The position numbers and the translations under genes were made by a program. The notes beneath the pieces are model-generated. The model saw only the letters and a list, made by a program, of their open reading frames with translations. It searched no databases and was not told where the DNA came from. From Nitrospirota bacterium (GTDB lineage: Bacteria > Nitrospirota > UBA9217): a DNA stretch of 64,000 nucleotides. The stretch is from positions 1 to 64,000 of the forward strand of contig CAVVOB010000029.1 in NCBI GenBank assembly GCA_963749655.1. The letters run 5' to 3'. Position 1 is the stretch's first letter, and every line of letters begins with the position of its first letter. Below, in pieces: positions 38,939-49,660 of this stretch.

Positions 38939-39550
38939 ATGAACGATTCAATTACTGTCCTGCGCGTGGGTCAGCAGGTTCCCGATTTCAAACTCGATAC
39001 TTTCGATCCTGTCAAAGGCGACTTCAGTGAGTTCAGCCTTGCTGCGCAGAAAAGCGCAAAAAAATGGACCATCTTATTCTTCTATCCCGCTGACTTCACA
39101 TTTGTCTGCGCAACGGAATTCGCCGCCCTGGCGGATCAGTATAACCAGTTCAAGGAACTGGGAGCCGAGGTGGTGACGGTCAGCACGGACACGAAATTCG
39201 TTCATCTTGCCTGGCAGCGCGATGAAAAGATGCTCGAACAGGCGAAATATCCCATGGGCTCCGACCGCACGGGCGAGCTTTCCCGCAGGTTCGGCGTCTA
39301 TGACGAGGCCTCGGGCAACGCGCTCCGGGGCGCCTTCATCATCAGCCCCGACGGCACGCTTCTGAACGCGGAGGTCAACTTTTACAATCTCGGCCGCAAT
39401 GTCGAAGAACTGCTGCGCAAGCTCAAGGCAAACGTTCATCTTGCGGCGAATCCCGTGGAAGTATGCCCTGCCCAGTGGAAGAAAGAGGGGGACAAGACCC
39501 TGAAGCCTTCCGCGAAGATCGTCGGCAAAATTTACCAGGAGTTGAAGTAA
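38939..39550 (+). CDS. ahpC: 2-Cys peroxiredoxin (AhpC/TSA family)
   Basis: FFYPADFTFVCATE and EVCPAQW. Confidence 0.88.
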   Translation: MNDSITVLRVGQQVPDFKLDTFDPVKGDFSEFSLAAQKSAKKWTILFFYPADFTFVCATEFAALADQYNQFKELGAEVVTVSTDTKFVHLAWQRDEKMLEQAKYPMGSDRTGELSRRFGVYDEASGNALRGAFIISPDGTLLNAEVNFYNLGRNVEELLRKLKANVHLAANPVEVCPAQWKKEGDKTLKPSAKIVGKIYQELK

Positions 39551-39553
39551 ATC

Positions 39554-39955
39554 ATGCTGGTGACGCGGGAAACGGATTATGCGGTCCGGTGCATCCTCTA
39601 TCTGGCCGAGGATAAGGACCAGGTCTCGAACGTGACCGAGGTCTCCCGGAAGATGCATATCCCGAAAACCTTTCTGGCAAAAATCTTTCAGCGCCTCGTG
39701 AAAGCGGGTCTGGTGGAATCGATCCGCGGCATGAACGGCGGATTCCGGCTTGCAAAGAAACCCGATGCGATCTCGCTCCTGGACATCATGGTTGCGATCC
39801 AGGGCCCTGCGTGCATCAACGTCTGCGCAGTCGACAGCAAAAAATGCAGAAGAAGCTCGATGTGCTCGGTCCACCCTGTCTGGGTGGAACTGCGGAAACA
39901 GGTGGACCAGCGGCTGCAGCAGCAGACGATCGCCCAGTTGATCGCCGGAAAATGA
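39554..39955 (+). CDS. Rrf2-family transcriptional regulator
   Basis: TDYAVR...SIRGMNGGFRLAK; C-terminal Cys residues. Confidence 0.92.
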   Translation: MLVTRETDYAVRCILYLAEDKDQVSNVTEVSRKMHIPKTFLAKIFQRLVKAGLVESIRGMNGGFRLAKKPDAISLLDIMVAIQGPACINVCAVDSKKCRRSSMCSVHPVWVELRKQVDQRLQQQTIAQLIAGK

Positions 39956-39982
39956 CCAGACTTTCCTTTTTTTCAGCAAGTA

Positions 39983-40001
39983 TAGGACTAAGATAGTCCT
40001 G
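39983..40001. promoter_or_regulatory. Second operator copy TAGGACTAAGATAGTCCTG upstream of cydA
   Basis: 17/19 identical to 38897-38915. Confidence 0.75.
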
Positions 40002-40038
40002 TTCTTAGATGCCAAGCACCGACCAAGGAGGAATGATT

Positions 40039-41389
40039 ATGGATGTCGTAGCATTAAGCAGGCTGCAGTTCGCGCTCACGAGCATGTTTCACTGGATCTT
40101 TGTGCCGCTCACCCTGGGGCTCTCCCTCATGACGGCGTACATGGAAACACGGTACGTCAAGACCGGCGACGAGATGTACCTCAGGATGACGAAATTCTGG
40201 GGCAAGCTGTTTCTGATCAACTTCGCCCTCGGCGTGGTGACGGGCATCACCATGGAGTTCCAGTTCGGCATGAACTGGGCTGAGTATTCCAAATATGTGG
40301 GGGACATTTTCGGGGCGCCCCTGGCCATCGAAGCGACGATGGCGTTCTTCCTCGAATCGGTCTTCATCGGCGTCTGGATCTTCGGCTGGAACAAGATCTC
40401 GAAGAAGGCCCATGCCACGTCCATCTGGCTCGTTTCCCTCGCAACCAATCTGTCCGCGCTCTGGATCCTGCTGGCGAACGGCTGGATGCAGCACCCCGTC
40501 GGCTACGTGCTCCGCAACAACCGCGCCGAGATGGTCGACTTCGGGGCGCTGCTCACCAACCCCTACGGCTGGCTCAAGTTCGGCCACACCCTCACCTCGG
40601 GGTACGTGGTTGCCGCCTTCTTTGTCATGGGCGTGTCCGCGTACCACCTTCTGAAAAAGAACCAGTCCGAATTCTTCCAGCGGTCGTTCAAGATCGCCGC
40701 GGTCTTCGGGCTGGCATCCACCCTCGCCGTGGCCGTGATCGGCGATTTCCATGCCGTCGAGGTCGCCAGAACACAGCCCACGAAATTCGCCGCCATGGAG
40801 TCGCTCTGGGACACGCAGAAGAATGTAGGATACAATCTTTTCATCATCCCCGACACCGATAAGGAATGCAACGTGCTCGAGGGCCCCTGCATGCCGAATC
40901 TGCTGAGCTACCTCGCCTTCCATACCGCCGACGCCGAGATCAAGGGCCTGAAGGCCTTTCCGCAAGGAAGATCGCCCGCCGGTACAGCCCACGTTCTGGA
41001 GCTTCCGGATCATGCTCACGCTCGGCTTTATCATGCTCTTTCTGACGATCATGGCGGTCATCTACGCAAAACGCGGGACCCTCGAAATGCATCCGCTATT
41101 CCTGACGATCATGCTCTTCTCCATCCCCCTGCCCTATATTGCCGGCCAGCTCGGCTGGATCGTGGCGGAGGTGGGCAGGCAGCCCTGGATCGTCTACGGG
41201 GTCCTGAAGACCACCCATGCCGTATCGCAGTCCATCAGCACGCTGCAGGTGTACGCCTCTCTGCTCGGATTCACCCTGCTCTACGGCGGGCTCGGCGCGG
41301 TCGATATCTATCTCCTGTCCAAGTTCGCGAAAAAGGGGCCTGATAACGACACCTCGGGACTGTTCAAACCGGCAAAGGAGGAAGCATAA
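40039..41389 (+). CDS. cydA: Cytochrome bd oxidase subunit I, frameshift near 40960
   Basis: LSRLQFA...FHWIFVPLTLG, QPTKFAAME, GWIVAEVGRQPW. Confidence 0.93.
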
Positions 41390-41390
41390 C

Positions 41391-42423
41391 ATGGAATTCC
41401 AAGTCACGTGGTTCGTACTCTGGGCGGTCCTGTGGGCCGTCTACTTCATGCTCGACGGCTTCGTGCTCGGCACGGGCATGCTGCACCACTATCTGGGCCG
41501 GAACGACCAGGACCGGAAGATCCTGATCAGGTCCGTAGGTCCGGTCTGGGACGGCAATGAGGTCTGGCTCCTGACCGCGGGCGGCGCCACCTTTGCGGCC
41601 TTTCCGACAACCTATGCGCTCATGTTCAGCTACCTGTACTCGGCCCTGCTCCTGCTCCTGTTCGCGCTCATCATCCGCGGGGTGTCCCTCGAGTTCCGGG
41701 GCAAGATCGGACAGCCCGGGCTGGAAAAAGGGCTGGGATATGGGCATCTTCATCGGAAGCGCCCTTCCGGCGCTTCTCCTGGGCGTCGCCTTCGGCAACA
41801 TCTTCAGCGGTCTTCCCATGGACGCGGCCGGATATCACGGCTCGCTCCTTTCGCTGCTGAATCCCTACGGCCTGCTGACCGGCGTTCTGTTCGTACTGCT
41901 GTTCCTGACCCACGGCAGCCTCTACGTCTGCGTCAAGACCGAGGGGCATCTGTGCGATACGATCCACGGCCCTGGCCGGCAAGCTCTGGTTCGCCGAGCT
42001 GGCCGTTGCCGTCCTGTTCCTCGTGGCCACGGCTTTTTCGACAAAGCTCTATGACAACTACATGAGCACTCCGCCGCTCCTGGTCGTGCCTTTTCTGGCG
42101 GTTGCGGCCCTGCTCGGGATCAAGATTTTCCTTGCTCAGGGAAATTCCCTGATGGCCTTTGCTGTCGTCGTGCCTGACCATCGTCATGGTCGTGTTCACC
42201 GGCGTGATCGGGCCTCTTCCCGAACCTGATCCCGTCGAGCATCGACGCGGCCTACAGCCTCACGATCTTCAATTCTTCTTCCAGCACCTACACCCTGAAG
42301 ATCATGACCGTCGTGGCGCTCGTCTTCGTTCCGATCGTGATCGGCTACAAGATCTGGGTCTATCGCCTGTTCCGCTCCACGGTGACCGGCAGCTCCGTCG
42401 CGGACAGCGAACAGATGTATTGA
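41391..42423 (+). CDS. cydB: Cytochrome bd oxidase subunit II, frameshifted
   Basis: GPVWDGNEVWL, FAAFP; follows cydA. Confidence 0.92.
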
Positions 42424-42693
42424 CCGACAAAACAACAAGGTTATTTCGTGAAAGCCTGAGCACCGCGGTGAAATGATTTCCCAACGGCCCGAGCACCACG
42501 GATTTACTCATCCATCACCTACGAGCACCGTTGCATTCACGGAGTAAAAGTTCGGCGGCCCGGCGGAGAGCCCCCTCCCTGCCGGGCCGTTCGAACGTTT
42601 ATAGAACAGAAGCTCGGAACATCAAAGCCGGCGGACCGGTTTTCACGACGAAGGACCGGCGGTATCCGGAAATAAAGGGGCTTGAAAGAAATC

Positions 42694-43098
42694 ATGGCAA
42701 TAGAGTGGACCGAGGATCTGGCAACGGGAATTACCGAAATCGACGATCAGCACAAGGAACTATTCAGTCGTGTAAACCTGCTTTTCAACGCCTGCAATCA
42801 GGGCAAGGGAAGGCTGGAGATCGGAAGGACCATCACCTTTCTTGAAGACTACGTCGTCACGCACTTCAGCACAGAAGAAAAAAATATGATAAAGAGCCAA
42901 TACCCCGGATACGCTTCCCACCGGGCTCAACACGCTGTTTTCAAGAACAGCCTGAAAGACATCAAGCGCCAACTTGACGCCGAGGGCCCGGGTATTCACA
43001 TAATCATCCTTACAAACCAGATGGTCATTGACTGGCTCAGAAACCATATTCTCACTCTGGATCGCGCATTGGGTGATTACTTGAAGAATTGGGCTTGA
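42694..43098 (+). CDS. Bacteriohemerythrin
   Basis: IDDQHKELF, HFSTEE, HRAQH, WLRNHILTLD. Confidence 0.92.
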   Translation: MAIEWTEDLATGITEIDDQHKELFSRVNLLFNACNQGKGRLEIGRTITFLEDYVVTHFSTEEKNMIKSQYPGYASHRAQHAVFKNSLKDIKRQLDAEGPGIHIIILTNQMVIDWLRNHILTLDRALGDYLKNWA

Positions 43099-43138
43099 TA
43101 TTTCGCCCCATTCCGTCAATCAACAGGCTGCTCTTACC

Positions 43139-44968
43139 ATGTACGACAATCGTGTCTTTAAACGGAACCTCCGCTGGCTGATCACCCTGCGATGGGTCGG
43201 AATCGGGATCGCACTGGTCGTGTCAGCAGCAGCAAAGCGTCTGGGATATATTCCCTCCTCTCTTGCGCCCTTGTACGGCATCCTGTTGTTTCCGATCCTC
43301 TGCAATTTATTGTTTACCTGGCAGATACGCCATGGCCGCGCCGGCAGCTATGGGACCATTCTCGCGCAGATCTTCGCTGACCAGTTTACGCTTGCCGGAC
43401 TCGTTTCAATATCGGGGACCTGTCACAGCCCTTTTCTTTTTTTCTTCCTCTTTCATGTGGTCATCAGCGGCATACTCCTGCCCTATCGCTACACGATCCT
43501 GGTCGCGACATGCGCCGCAGCTCTGCCGCTTGCAACAATCGGCATTCGGCATTTCTGGCAGTTTCCTCATTATGATCTCTTCAACCACGCGGCGTCCTCG
43601 TACGCTGATTGGGACACGATCGTTACGCATGGCGTCGCATTCTGCATCACGCTGACACTGACAACCTATTTTTCCGTCTATCTGAGCAGGGAGCTCCAGC
43701 GCAGCCGCGAGGATCTTGCGGAAAAAAACGAGAAACTTTCCGTGCTCGTCCAGTCCTCCCGCGCGGCTGCCTCGCCGCACGAGCGCAACGTGATCGCCAC
43801 GGAATCTTTTCGGGCCATCCTGAAGGACGAAAAGGCGCGAGCGGAGATCATTCTGCTGGACGACGCTCCCCCGGGCCCCTCGTGCAGCGATTTCTTCGGC
43901 TGCAAGCAGGCGAACTGCCCGGCCTATAAAACGGGAACAAACTGCTGGACGCTGTCGGGAACACACTGCAGGTCCCATGTCGAGATTTCCGAGCCCTTGC
44001 CGGGTCGTCCGGTTGCAATCGCAGGCGCCGGGAACGCCGTCCGGAACCGTTCCGACGACTTGTCGGCATGTTTCCACTGCAACTATTTTCTTCAAACAGC
44101 CGCGGCGCTTTCATCGAACGACCCGTCTTGCGACGGACCCGGGACGCCGCAGCCGCGGGAAGGCGCCGAGGCTGTCCGGCTTGCGCTGCGAAACGGGCTC
44201 CGCGCGCGTCATCACAGCGGCGGGTTTCAGGCGGTATCGAACGCTGCATTTCCGTTGATGATGCATGACAGCCTGTCAGGGCTCCTGTTCATATCCTCTT
44301 CCGCAGCAACGATCACCGAGGATATGACCGAGTTCATCACGTTGTTTTCCGAGCTGACGTCATCCGGCCTCATCGGGTCCAACATGATCGATGCAGTCGA
44401 GACCTCCTACCTGCAGACGGTCATGGCCCTGGCAAATGCAATAGAAGCAAAAGATCCCTATACCAAAGGACACAGTCAGCGGGTCGCTTATTACAGCATC
44501 AGGCTGGCCGATGCTTTGGGGCTCACCAAGCAGGAAAAGGAACATTTGAGCTTCGCCGCCATCCTGCATGATGTGGGCAAAATAGGTGTGAGCGAGGAAG
44601 TGCTGCTCAAAACGGCGCGGCTTACGGGCCAGGAACAGGAGATCATGCGGACCCATCCCGAAATCGGGGCGCGCATTCTTGAACCGGTACACTTTCTCAA
44701 ACCGGCCATCTCCGCCATCAAGCACCATCACGAACAATATGACGGATCAGGATATCCGGGAGGGCTGCAGGGGGCGGAAATACCTTTTAAGGCCAGGATC
44801 ATCAATGTGGCTGATGCATGGGACGCCATGACCTCCGACCGTGCATACCGCAAGGCGCTTCCCCGGGAAACGGCAATCCGGGAATTGATGCGCCATGCAG
44901 GGAAGCAGTTTGACCGGGAGATCACCGAGGTTTTTGTTGAATTGATCGTGGCGGGGCGCTGCGCGTAA
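43139..44968 (+). CDS. Membrane HD-GYP cyclic-dinucleotide phosphodiesterase with a Cys-rich insert
   Basis: N-terminal TMs; KDPYTKGHS, LHDVGKIG, HHEQYDGSGYP. Confidence 0.88.
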   Translation: MYDNRVFKRNLRWLITLRWVGIGIALVVSAAAKRLGYIPSSLAPLYGILLFPILCNLLFTWQIRHGRAGSYGTILAQIFADQFTLAGLVSISGTCHSPFLFFFLFHVVISGILLPYRYTILVATCAAALPLATIGIRHFWQFPHYDLFNHAASSYADWDTIVTHGVAFCITLTLTTYFSVYLSRELQRSREDLAEKNEKLSVLVQSSRAAASPHERNVIATESFRAILKDEKARAEIILLDDAPPGPSCSDFFGCKQANCPAYKTGTNCWTLSGTHCRSHVEISEPLPGRPVAIAGAGNAVRNRSDDLSACFHCNYFLQTAAALSSNDPSCDGPGTPQPREGAEAVRLALRNGLRARHHSGGFQAVSNAAFPLMMHDSLSGLLFISSSAATITEDMTEFITLFSELTSSGLIGSNMIDAVETSYLQTVMALANAIEAKDPYTKGHSQRVAYYSIRLADALGLTKQEKEHLSFAAILHDVGKIGVSEEVLLKTARLTGQEQEIMRTHPEIGARILEPVHFLKPAISAIKHHHEQYDGSGYPGGLQGAEIPFKARIINVADAWDAMTSDRAYRKALPRETAIRELMRHAGKQFDREITEVFVELIVAGRCA

Positions 44969-45019
44969 CCAACCAGAGGACAGTACGTTCGTTCCGCCCG
45001 GATCGGGAACGCGCCGCGA

Positions 45020-45565
45020 CTACAGCCAGTATTCTGGATACCGTCTGTGCTTGGCGAGGTTATTGACGAGCAGGGCTATCAGCAGCAGGATGACTGCGCC
45101 TGCGCCGGCGGGAACAAAAGCGTACAGGAAGCCGAGGTCATGGATCTTGGGCCCGCCGATGACGGCGATCAGGGCCGTAGCCCCGCCCGGCGGGTGAAGG
45201 GTCCTTGTGGCAAGCATGGCCACGATGGCGAGTGAAACGGAAAAAGAGGCAGCGAGCCAGAGCGTGTCGCCGAAGAGTTTATAACACGCCACACCGATGA
45301 GACCGGAAAGTACATGGCCGCCGACGAGGTTTCTCGGTTGGGCCAGGGGGCTCTTGATCGCGGCATAGACCAGGACCGCCGAAGCGCCGAAGGATCCGAT
45401 GAACAGGGAGAGGTCCCGGGGCTCGAAAAAGCGGGACGACAGATATCCGCAGAGCCCGATCCCGATAACGGCGCCCATCCAGGACCATACCAGCTCCTGA
45501 ACCGGTCCCGCGGGAGGACTCTGGCCCCCGCCTTTCATCTTTACAAGATAGTCGTTGATCGTCAT
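45020..45565 (-). CDS. HPP family membrane protein
   Basis: GSFGASAVL, SPLAQPRN, HPPGGA. Confidence 0.92.
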   Translation of the reverse strand: MTINDYLVKMKGGGQSPPAGPVQELVWSWMGAVIGIGLCGYLSSRFFEPRDLSLFIGSFGASAVLVYAAIKSPLAQPRNLVGGHVLSGLIGVACYKLFGDTLWLAASFSVSLAIVAMLATRTLHPPGGATALIAVIGGPKIHDLGFLYAFVPAGAGAVILLLIALLVNNLAKHRRYPEYWL

Positions 45566-45590
45566 GACGAAGCCCGGCGCATCCCTTTCC

Positions 45591-46184
45591 TTACGGCTGT
45601 TTCTTCCCGATCGCCCTCACAATATCGGCCCGTGAAATAATGCCGATGATCCTTCCTTCGTCGTCCACGACCGGCAGCCGTTTGATCCTTTTCTCATCGA
45701 GGATCTTTGCCACGTCCGAAACATCGTCGTCGGCCTTGCTGGTTATGGGCGGGAAACTCATGACGTCCTGAACTTTCTCGCCGCCTTTCCGGGCGGCAAG
45801 GGGCTCTCCCAGGATATTGCGCAGAATGTCCCTGAACGTATGCCCCTGCTTCATGCCCGCGAGCACGAGGACGTCCGCCTCGCTGATGACGCCGATGACC
45901 CGCTTGTTTTCGTCGACAACGGGCATGCCGCTGATGCGATTTTCGGACAGCAGCCGGGCCGCTTCATGAAGGTCGGTGTCCGGGGTCGTGGTAACGACGT
46001 TGACCGTCATGACCTCATCGACGAAAATGCGCGAGGCCGCCCTGTCCCGGGCATGACGGAGCGCGATCTCGAAGATCTTCTTCAGGTCTTCCTCGGTCAC
46101 GTCCACATAGGTCCGCATTTCCTGCAGCGCGGCCCTGAGATCGTTCTGCGACAGGGAGCATTCATCGTCCTGTCGTTTTTTCAT
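45591..46184 (-). CDS. CBS domain protein
   Basis: Two CBS repeats (ISGMPVVD, IKRLPVVD). Confidence 0.9.
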   Translation of the reverse strand: MKKRQDDECSLSQNDLRAALQEMRTYVDVTEEDLKKIFEIALRHARDRAASRIFVDEVMTVNVVTTTPDTDLHEAARLLSENRISGMPVVDENKRVIGVISEADVLVLAGMKQGHTFRDILRNILGEPLAARKGGEKVQDVMSFPPITSKADDDVSDVAKILDEKRIKRLPVVDDEGRIIGIISRADIVRAIGKKQP

Positions 46185-46262
46185 GGTTACCTCCGGCGTG
46201 AAAGCAGTATACCAGCAGGGGGAGAGCGGAAGTATGAGCTGGATCATACTCGGACCGCAGCT

Positions 46263-47159
46263 TTACTTTTCGCGCTCCTCTGCTTTGGCCACGATCCAAT
46301 ACACGAACCCGATGACCAGGATCGCCGCGATAAGGTAGTACACCGACTCCGGCTTCTCGTGCTTGAGCGTGGCGATCATGGTTTCCCTGATCATGGTCAC
46401 CAGCGCCACGCCCACGAACACGCTGATGTGGAACTTGCCTCCCTTGAGGTGGGAGATCTCCGTGTTCATGAGCTCTATCATGAGCCAGAGCAGCAGCATG
46501 GACCCGAGGGCTGAGATGATACCGCGCTCCACGTCGCCCGAGAGCAGGCGCATGACATCTTCGACGAAAAGCCATACCACGCCGATCGTCAACCCGATAA
46601 GCGCAAGCACCAGCAGGAGGTTCGTGGTCTGGGAAAAACGCTCGGCAAAGGTAACGAGGGCGCTTTTCACTTTATAGACAGGCGAATAGGTCCTGATCTC
46701 CTCCTCGATATAGGAGGTCGTGATGACGTCGAGGCTGATATCCAGGATCTTGCCCACCGTGATGATCCTGTTCGTGATCTCGGCCCTTTCCTCGTCCAGG
46801 TTCTGGAGTATGCCGATGCAGGCGTTCTTGACCAGGTTGACGGCCCGGTTCATATAGTGGGCGTCCACCTTGTGCTGCACGTGGGTAGCGCCTATTCTGA
46901 TCAGCTTCTCGTAATACCGGTTGTCGTAGCTCCCGGAGAAAAGATCGAGGAACCACTCCCGCTGGGCCCCGAAGACATGCTTCTTGCGCGATTCTTCGGT
47001 GAAGAACTGGGCCGCCCCCTTCGTGCCCATGATCCAGAGGCTGAGCGTGCCCATGATCTCGTCGGCATGCTCTTCCATGAGAGGACGGAGTCCGGCCAGC
47101 CGCTCTTCGTCCTCAATGGTGAAGCGGTAGTCATGCTTGATGTCCCGAAAAGCCCTCAT
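46263..47159 (-). CDS. Protoglobin/globin-sensor domain fused to a PsiE-like membrane domain
   Basis: WFLDLFSGSYD..YY...RIGATH globin motif; C-terminal TMs. Confidence 0.8.
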   Translation of the reverse strand: MRAFRDIKHDYRFTIEDEERLAGLRPLMEEHADEIMGTLSLWIMGTKGAAQFFTEESRKKHVFGAQREWFLDLFSGSYDNRYYEKLIRIGATHVQHKVDAHYMNRAVNLVKNACIGILQNLDEERAEITNRIITVGKILDISLDVITTSYIEEEIRTYSPVYKVKSALVTFAERFSQTTNLLLVLALIGLTIGVVWLFVEDVMRLLSGDVERGIISALGSMLLLWLMIELMNTEISHLKGGKFHISVFVGVALVTMIRETMIATLKHEKPESVYYLIAAILVIGFVYWIVAKAEEREK

Positions 47160-47208
47160 TCGATGGCGCCTCCTTAAGATTTCTCCGGCAGAGACCGCGT
47201 ACGGAAGA

Positions 47209-47397
47209 CTACCCGCTCCACGAGATCGCCTGGACCGGACAGGTGTCGATGGCCTCCTGGCAGTCGCAGGTTCCACACTTGCCCGGCCCGATGACCTCTG
47301 ATTTTTCATCCACCAGCTCGAAAACCTCAGGACAGACCTCAGTGCAGTGCCCGCAGCCGATGCAGAGGTCCTGATCCACGACCGGTTTTTTGGCCAT
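47209..47397 (-). CDS. 4Fe-4S ferredoxin
   Basis: CIGCGHC..VCP...CPVQAI. Confidence 0.9.
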   Translation of the reverse strand: MAKKPVVDQDLCIGCGHCTEVCPEVFELVDEKSEVIGPGKCGTCDCQEAIDTCPVQAISWSG

Positions 47398-47407
47398 GCC
47401 GTTCTCC

Positions 47408-48742
47408 TTACGCCGCAGTTCTGCGGGCGGGCCGCAGGAACAGCAGGTCTACAACCATGATCAGCACCCCGGTAAGAAAGAAGAACCCGAGAACGAACGT
47501 GACGAGCAGCCAGAGCCGCATATAGGACTGGGTCGCCATGTAACCGATACCGAGCACACGCTCAAGATACGACTGCACCACGCCGGCAATGCCGAAGGAA
47601 AGCCCCATCAGCATCATGGCGGTGGACATGGTCCAGAACGCCGCTTTGCCGCGCGAGGGGTCGTAGACCTCGATCCCCTTGATCTTCGGCATGGCGTAGT
47701 AGAACACCATGATGTTCAGGAGCGCATAGGCCCCGAAGAACGCAAGGTGGCCGTGGGAGACCGTCACCTGGGAGCCGTGGGTATAGTAGTTGATCTGCGG
47801 CAGCGTATGCATGAAGCCCCATACGCCGGCGCCGATCATATGCATCACCGCACAGCCGATGGCAATGGTCCAGGTAAGCGGATTGACGATCTTTACCTGG
47901 CGGTGCTTGACATGGTTCATCGTGTCGATGAGCATCAGCAGGATCGGGACCGGTTCAAGGGCCGAGAATATGCCGCCGATCCAGAGCCAGTAGTGCGGCG
48001 CGCCGATCCAGTAGTAGTGATGCCCTGTCCCGGCGATCCCGGTAAAGAGGAAGAGTCCGATCTCCACGTACAGCCACTTCTCCACAACCTGGCGGTCGAC
48101 GCCCGTAAGCTTCATCAGGACAAAGGCGAAAATAGCGGCGGTTACGAGCTCCCAGGCCCCTTCCACCCAGAGATGGATGACCCACCACCAGTAGTACCAG
48201 TCGATCACTTCATTCTTGTAGAACGGTATGCCGAAAAGATACAGGAGCGCGAGAAACAGCAGCCCTCCCAGGAGCGTGCCCTGGATCGCGGTCCAGCGGT
48301 TTGCCTTGTACATGGTCATCCCCACGTTGAAAAGAAAAACAAGGGCGCCGACGACGACCACGAGATCGAGGGTCGTCGGGATCTCGAGAAGCGGCCTTCC
48401 CTGGGTCCAGCCGAAGAGGAAGCCGACGAGGGCCGCCACGCCGGTCGTCACCAGAGCGATGAGCTGGAACCATGCAAGGTTCGGCGAGTAGATCTCGCTC
48501 CGCGTTTCCTCGGGGACGATGTAATAAGTCCCTCCCATGAACCCAAGGAGCATCCAGAGGACGAGGAGGTTGGTATGCATGGCACGCGCCGTGGCAAAGG
48601 GGAAGACGTCCACGATGCTCTGCGGCACGGTAAAGCTGTAATTAAAGGCAAGCCACAGCCCCATGACGACCTGGAGAGCGAACAGGAGCAGGGCAACGGC
48701 AAAATACCAGTAGGCGATCTTCTGTGAGCGGGGGTATTCCAT
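47408..48742 (-). CDS. norB: Nitric oxide reductase large subunit
   Basis: HLWVEGAWE, GTGHHYYW, SALEP, HGHLAFFG. Confidence 0.92.
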   Translation of the reverse strand: MEYPRSQKIAYWYFAVALLLFALQVVMGLWLAFNYSFTVPQSIVDVFPFATARAMHTNLLVLWMLLGFMGGTYYIVPEETRSEIYSPNLAWFQLIALVTTGVAALVGFLFGWTQGRPLLEIPTTLDLVVVVGALVFLFNVGMTMYKANRWTAIQGTLLGGLLFLALLYLFGIPFYKNEVIDWYYWWWVIHLWVEGAWELVTAAIFAFVLMKLTGVDRQVVEKWLYVEIGLFLFTGIAGTGHHYYWIGAPHYWLWIGGIFSALEPVPILLMLIDTMNHVKHRQVKIVNPLTWTIAIGCAVMHMIGAGVWGFMHTLPQINYYTHGSQVTVSHGHLAFFGAYALLNIMVFYYAMPKIKGIEVYDPSRGKAAFWTMSTAMMLMGLSFGIAGVVQSYLERVLGIGYMATQSYMRLWLLVTFVLGFFFLTGVLIMVVDLLFLRPARRTAA

Positions 48743-48751
48743 GCTGACCTC

Positions 48752-49454
48752 CTATTTTAAATTGGACAGAAAACCGGCGACCTCTTCCCGTTCCTTGTCC
48801 GAAAGTTCTTTCTGCGCCGGCATCAGGGCCTTCGGATTCACGGCCTTGGGGTTCGCGATATAGTGCTCGATCTGCTCCTTGCTGAGCTTCCTGCCGATCG
48901 TATCCAGGGCCGGACCGAAGGTCCCGCCGGTCCCGTGCAGTGAATGGCAATTCATGCAGCCCCGGCTCTGGAATACCGCAGCGCCCGGAGACACCCCCGC
49001 GCTCGCGACCATCCGTTCTTCACCTGCGGGAGAGGCGCTTCTTGCTGTCCTGAGGCGGCCAGTCGCCGTTCTCCACATTGCCGACCCAGGTAAAGAAAGC
49101 GATGAGGTTGTCGATCTCGGCGTCGGAAACATGCTCGTTCGGCATCTTGCGCCACGAGGCGGCAAAGGCCTTTTCCGGGCTCTTCACCCGGATGCGGATG
49201 CCGTCCTCGCCGACCCGCTGGACGACCTTGGTGAGGTCCGGTGCATAGTATGCGCCGAATCCGAGGATCGTATGACAATCATTGCAGTTGTACTTTTCAA
49301 AGGCCCGCTTTCCCGCGACCACCTTGTCCGAAAGATTGTCGACATGAGACAGGGTCTCGACCTGGCGATGGGTGTCCCAGGTCAGGCCGAGAAACAATAA
49401 GGCCGAAGAAAGAGTACCCAGAAAAAAAATCCAAAAGGCAGTTTTCTTTGACAT
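48752..49454 (-). CDS. norC: Nitric oxide reductase cytochrome c subunit with a second heme domain, frameshift near 49030
   Basis: TM, CNDCHTILGFGAYYAPDLT, second CMNCH. Confidence 0.85.
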
Positions 49455-49501
49455 CCTGCACCTCCTTCACGATTAAAGATGATCATGCGCGAAAGCCTGC
49501 A

Positions 49502-49660
49502 TTACTCCTTTACAAAGGCATCCTTGGTCGCCCCGCAGACCGGGCATACCCACGTGTCGGGGATCTTTTCAAAAGGCGTTCCCGGCGCAATACCTCCGTC
49601 AGGATCGCCGACAGCCGGATCGTAGACCCAGTCGCATACGGTGCATCTCCATTTGTCCAT
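49502..49660 (-). CDS. Rubredoxin
   Basis: [10 protein letters not shown]...WVCPVCG. Confidence 0.95.
   Translation of the reverse strand: MDKWRCTVCDWVYDPAVGDPDGGIAPGTPFEKIPDTWVCPVCGATKDAFVKE

Noticed and set aside
42625-42672. Possible c-di-GMP riboswitch upstream of hemerythrin
   Set aside because: Conserved P1/GNRA elements could not be identified by eye; needs an Infernal scan
9147-49454. Calling intI, sfsA, cydAB, norC and the IS1182 transposases pseudogenes
   Set aside because: Isolated frameshifts occur across unrelated conserved genes, which fits long-read indel error; cannot be settled without reads
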